Shown: positions 26,610 through 28,695 of the stretch, piece after piece
Position numbering within the stretch: the stretch's first letter is position 1
Layout of the letters: every line of letters begins with the position of its first letter
Origin: Elusimicrobiota bacterium
Lineage (GTDB): Bacteria; Elusimicrobiota; Elusimicrobia; Elusimicrobiales; UBA9959
Assembly: GCA_037137395.1 (NCBI GenBank)
Contig: JBAXKK010000026.1
Span: forward strand, 1-28,695
DNA length: 28,695 nucleotides
Direction: 5' to 3'
The notes under the pieces: model-generated
Database searches by the model: none
Told to the model about the DNA's origin: nothing
What the model saw: only the letters and a program-made list of their open reading frames with translations
Translations under genes and position numbers: made by a program

Positions 26610-26701
26610 AGTGGATAGTGGTTAGTGGACAGTGAATAGTGTGGAACTAGCTTAAAGATTTAATTGCTAACTGACCACTCGCCACTACTCACTTATCACT
26701 T
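26610..26701. repeat. Inverted heptamer arrays (AGTGNNN ... NNCACTN)
   Basis: AGTGGAT AGTGGTT AGTGGAC AGTGAAT AGTG (26610-41) and CTAACTG ACCACTC GCCACTA CTCACTT ATCACTT (26667-701). Confidence 0.8.
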
Positions 26702-26717
26702 TCCTTATTATATCCTA

Positions 26718-26746
26718 TTGCCATTGAACTTATAAAATTTTAGAAT
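26718..26746 (+). promoter_or_regulatory. Sigma70-type promoter for tRNA-His
   Basis: TTGCCA-17 nt-TAGAAT. Confidence 0.65.
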
Positions 26747-26812
26747 AGTACTCCGGCTCATCCTCAAAGGTGACCGGGTCGCCACGTGGTATTCGCGCTT
26801 TCGGGTTGTAAT

Positions 26813-26889
26813 GGTGGTTGTAGCTCAGTGGTTAGAGCGCTCGGCTGTGGCCCGAGAGGTCGGGGGTTCAAGTCCCCTCAGCCACCCCA
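26813..26889 (+). tRNA. tRNA-His(GUG)
   Basis: G-1 plus GTGGTTG acceptor, CTCGG-CT-GTG-GC-CCGAG anticodon arm, GGGGG-TTCAAGT-CCCCT T-arm, discriminator C and encoded CCA. Confidence 0.97.
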
Positions 26890-28368
26890 AATTTCAGTTT
26901 TCCGGATTTTCCCCGAGGCGGCCGCCGCCGCAGAATTAAATTTCCGCAGTTTTTCCCACGGAGATTTAAGTTTATAAGAAATCCGCTTCCCGCCTAAAAT
27001 AAAGTTCGAACCGATATTTTTCCATATTTGCAGGTTTTCCGCCGGATCGCCGGAAATCGCGGACTCTCCGGCGAGAACTGCGGTCCTGTAGAAACCTGTA
27101 AGCGGTTCGAACCGCAAATCACCCTGCCGCGCAAAAGCTGCGAGATTCATTTCATTTTCCATTTTCTTCTCAACGAATGAACGCTTCTTAAGAGCATACT
27201 CGTCCTGCGTAAGCTGCCCCGCCAGCAACATGTCGAGTATCGCGTTCATTCGTTGATTAAGGATATCTATTTCATCTCGCAGATTTTGGGCGGCCTCTTC
27301 CCCGGCCTGGGCCGCCTTAATTGATACCTTTTTTATGTTATCAAGAGCTTCGGCGGCCAGGGCCGGGGGTAAGGAAACTCCTTGTAACTCGGCGCGTAGC
27401 TGGGCGTCAATCACCTCTTCCCGCACAAAGGCCTGATCGCAGTTAACGTTGCGCTTGGTGCAGTGAAGATAGTTGTGGCCTTTTTGCGTTTCCGTGGTAA
27501 CAAAGCGCCCGCAACCCGCGCAGCGGAAAGCGCCCCGGTAGACATAAGGCTTTAAACCTTTAGTATGCGGCTTGCTTTTGTTCTTCATGACCTCCTGGCA
27601 CTTGTCGTAGAGGGCTTTGGAGATAAGAGGCTTATGCTTGCCCTCGTAGAACTCGCCTAGGTACTTGATGGCCCCATAGAAGAACGGATTTACAAGCAGC
27701 CGTTGGTAGTTGGATGTGGCTAACTCCTTGTTGCGCCGCTTATTTAGCCCCTCGGCGTTCATTATGCGGCGCAACTCCCTAAGCGGATACTTGCCGGTAG
27801 CGTAAAGTTCAAAGGTACGCCGTACAAGCGGCGCCATTTCCTGGTCTACGACAATGGTGTGGTTCTTGGTGTCATTAAGATAGCCGAGCGGGGCCAGGGT
27901 GGGGAGAATGCCGTTGCGAAGCTTCTGTCGCAGGCCCCGCTTTACGTTCTCTGAAAGGTTATCGACGAAATACTTGGACTGCCCGAAAGCGATAGACAGC
28001 ATGAACTTACCCTGCGGTGTGCGGTCGAACCAGAAGGTGGGGAATTTCAGCTCCAGGACCTTCCCAAGGTCTACGAGATAGATTATCCTGCCGCCGTCCA
28101 CACTGTTACGCGCCAGCCTGTCGGGGTGCCAAGCCACAATGCCCTGGGCTGCGCCCTGCTCCAGGCCCGCTACCATCTCGTTAAAGACCTCGCGGCCCGG
28201 CTCCTTGGCGGTTTTGCTTTCGAGGAACTCCCTCACTATGGTAAGCCCTTCCTTGCGCGCGTATTCGCGCAACTCGGCGAGCTGCGCCTCTATGGACAGG
28301 ATCTGCCGGTCAGGCTCGTCCGTGGACTTGCGAGCATAAAGGAAATACCGCATATTAGGTTTCTGCAT
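26878..28368 (-). CDS. Large serine recombinase (resolvase catalytic domain, recombinase domain, zinc ribbon, coiled coil)
   Basis: YFLYARKSTD..RQ..SI..Q catalytic Ser motif, DRLARN, APLGY, NPFFYG, H.PLIS, CAGCG...YLHC...C zinc ribbon. GGAGG SD. The stop codon lies inside tRNA-His. Confidence 0.95.
   Translation of the reverse strand: MQKPNMRYFLYARKSTDEPDRQILSIEAQLAELREYARKEGLTIVREFLESKTAKEPGREVFNEMVAGLEQGAAQGIVAWHPDRLARNSVDGGRIIYLVDLGKVLELKFPTFWFDRTPQGKFMLSIAFGQSKYFVDNLSENVKRGLRQKLRNGILPTLAPLGYLNDTKNHTIVVDQEMAPLVRRTFELYATGKYPLRELRRIMNAEGLNKRRNKELATSNYQRLLVNPFFYGAIKYLGEFYEGKHKPLISKALYDKCQEVMKNKSKPHTKGLKPYVYRGAFRCAGCGRFVTTETQKGHNYLHCTKRNVNCDQAFVREEVIDAQLRAELQGVSLPPALAAEALDNIKKVSIKAAQAGEEAAQNLRDEIDILNQRMNAILDMLLAGQLTQDEYALKKRSFVEKKMENEMNLAAFARQGDLRFEPLTGFYRTAVLAGESAISGDPAENLQIWKNIGSNFILGGKRISYKLKSPWEKLRKFNSAAAAASGKIRKTEIWGG
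26883..26994 (+). repeat. 112-bp perfect inverted repeat, left copy
   Basis: Exact reverse complement of 28534-28645 by base-by-base comparison; includes the last 7 nt of tRNA-His (CACCCCA). Confidence 0.95.
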
Positions 28369-28383
28369 ACCTTCCTCCCCGCT

Positions 28384-28425
28384 CTTAAGGCCGGTTTTGC
28401 CCAGCAGGGCTAAACCGGACTTAAG
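28384..28425. promoter_or_regulatory. Imperfect inverted repeat just upstream of the recombinase RBS
   Basis: CTTAAG-G-CCGGTTT-T-GCCC-AGCA-GGGC-T-AAACCGG-A-CTTAAG. Confidence 0.55.
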
Positions 28426-28512
28426 TGCTGTTCTTCAACTCTGCGCCGTTGGTGCGGACGGCCAGGCGCAGCAGCGCTGGGCCGGCAGCACCGGCGGCCA
28501 TAAGGACAATAA

Positions 28513-28695
28513 TTCGGTTCGTAATTTATCATTGGCGGGAAGCGGATTTCTTATAAACTTAAATCTCCGTGGGAAAAACTGCGGAAATTTAATTCTGCGG
28601 CGGCGGCCGCCTCGGGGAAAATCCGGAAAACTGAAATTTGGGGTGCCTTCCAGGCCGAATTGCGAACCTACTTCGCCCAACACCCAGAGGAAACG
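28513..28695 (+). pseudogene. Silent second copy of the recombinase 3' end (contains right repeat copy 28534-28645) with an alternative C-terminus
   Basis: Reads FGS*FIIGGKRISYKLKSPWEKLRKFNSAAAAASGKIRKTEIWGAFQAELRTYFAQHPEET to the window end. In-frame TAA at 28510 and 28522; no start codon. Confidence 0.8.

Larger units (their letters stand above)
26883..28645. mobile_element. Recombinase-only segment at tRNA-His bounded by 112-bp inverted repeats (putative invertible or integrative element end)
   Basis: A serine recombinase is the only gene between the two repeat copies, and the left copy overlaps the tRNA 3' end. Confidence 0.6.

Noticed and set aside
26883..28645. Classical IS element with terminal inverted repeats
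   Set aside because: The enzyme is a large serine recombinase, not a DDE transposase. The repeat is coding sequence of the gene itself, and no target-site duplication is visible.
28435..28683. 82-aa minus-strand ORF upstream of the recombinase as a directionality factor
   Set aside because: Mostly the antisense reading of the 112-bp repeat, with a TTG start and no evident SD or motif.

Overview
Bacterial chromosomal window, moderately GC-rich. The gene and intergenic style is suggestive of Elusimicrobiota, but that is an unverified inference. It begins inside a tRNA-Ser and carries mostly housekeeping and metabolic genes: B12-radical SAM, tsaC/sua5, mgtE, a GT4 glycosyltransferase, Fe-ADH, a fused beta-alpha ADP-forming acyl-CoA ligase, a PfkB kinase, AsmA, cutA, maf, queD, trxB, a glpK-like kinase, a Cas4/RecB-like nuclease and an AmrB-AmrA fusion. 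tRNA-Arg(UCU), tRNA-His(GUG) and an accessory stretch (about 19.3-25.2 kb) are also present. The most striking feature is at the right end. A large serine recombinase gene ends inside the 3' end of tRNA-His and is bracketed by a perfect 112-bp inverted repeat (26883-26994 / 28534-28645) that encodes its own C-terminal region. Flipping the 1.76-kb segment would leave the tRNA intact but change the enzyme's C-terminus from ...TEIWGG* to ...TEIWGAFQAELRTYFAQHPEET.... Other notable items are a ~190-bp structured insert flanked by a duplicated tRNA-Arg 3' end, several GC-rich rod-like intergenic elements, an unannotated small-ORF/RHH operon behind a consensus promoter, an apparent ATT-initiated phosphotransferase, inverted heptamer arrays and recurrent leaderless gene starts. 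No CRISPR array was seen.
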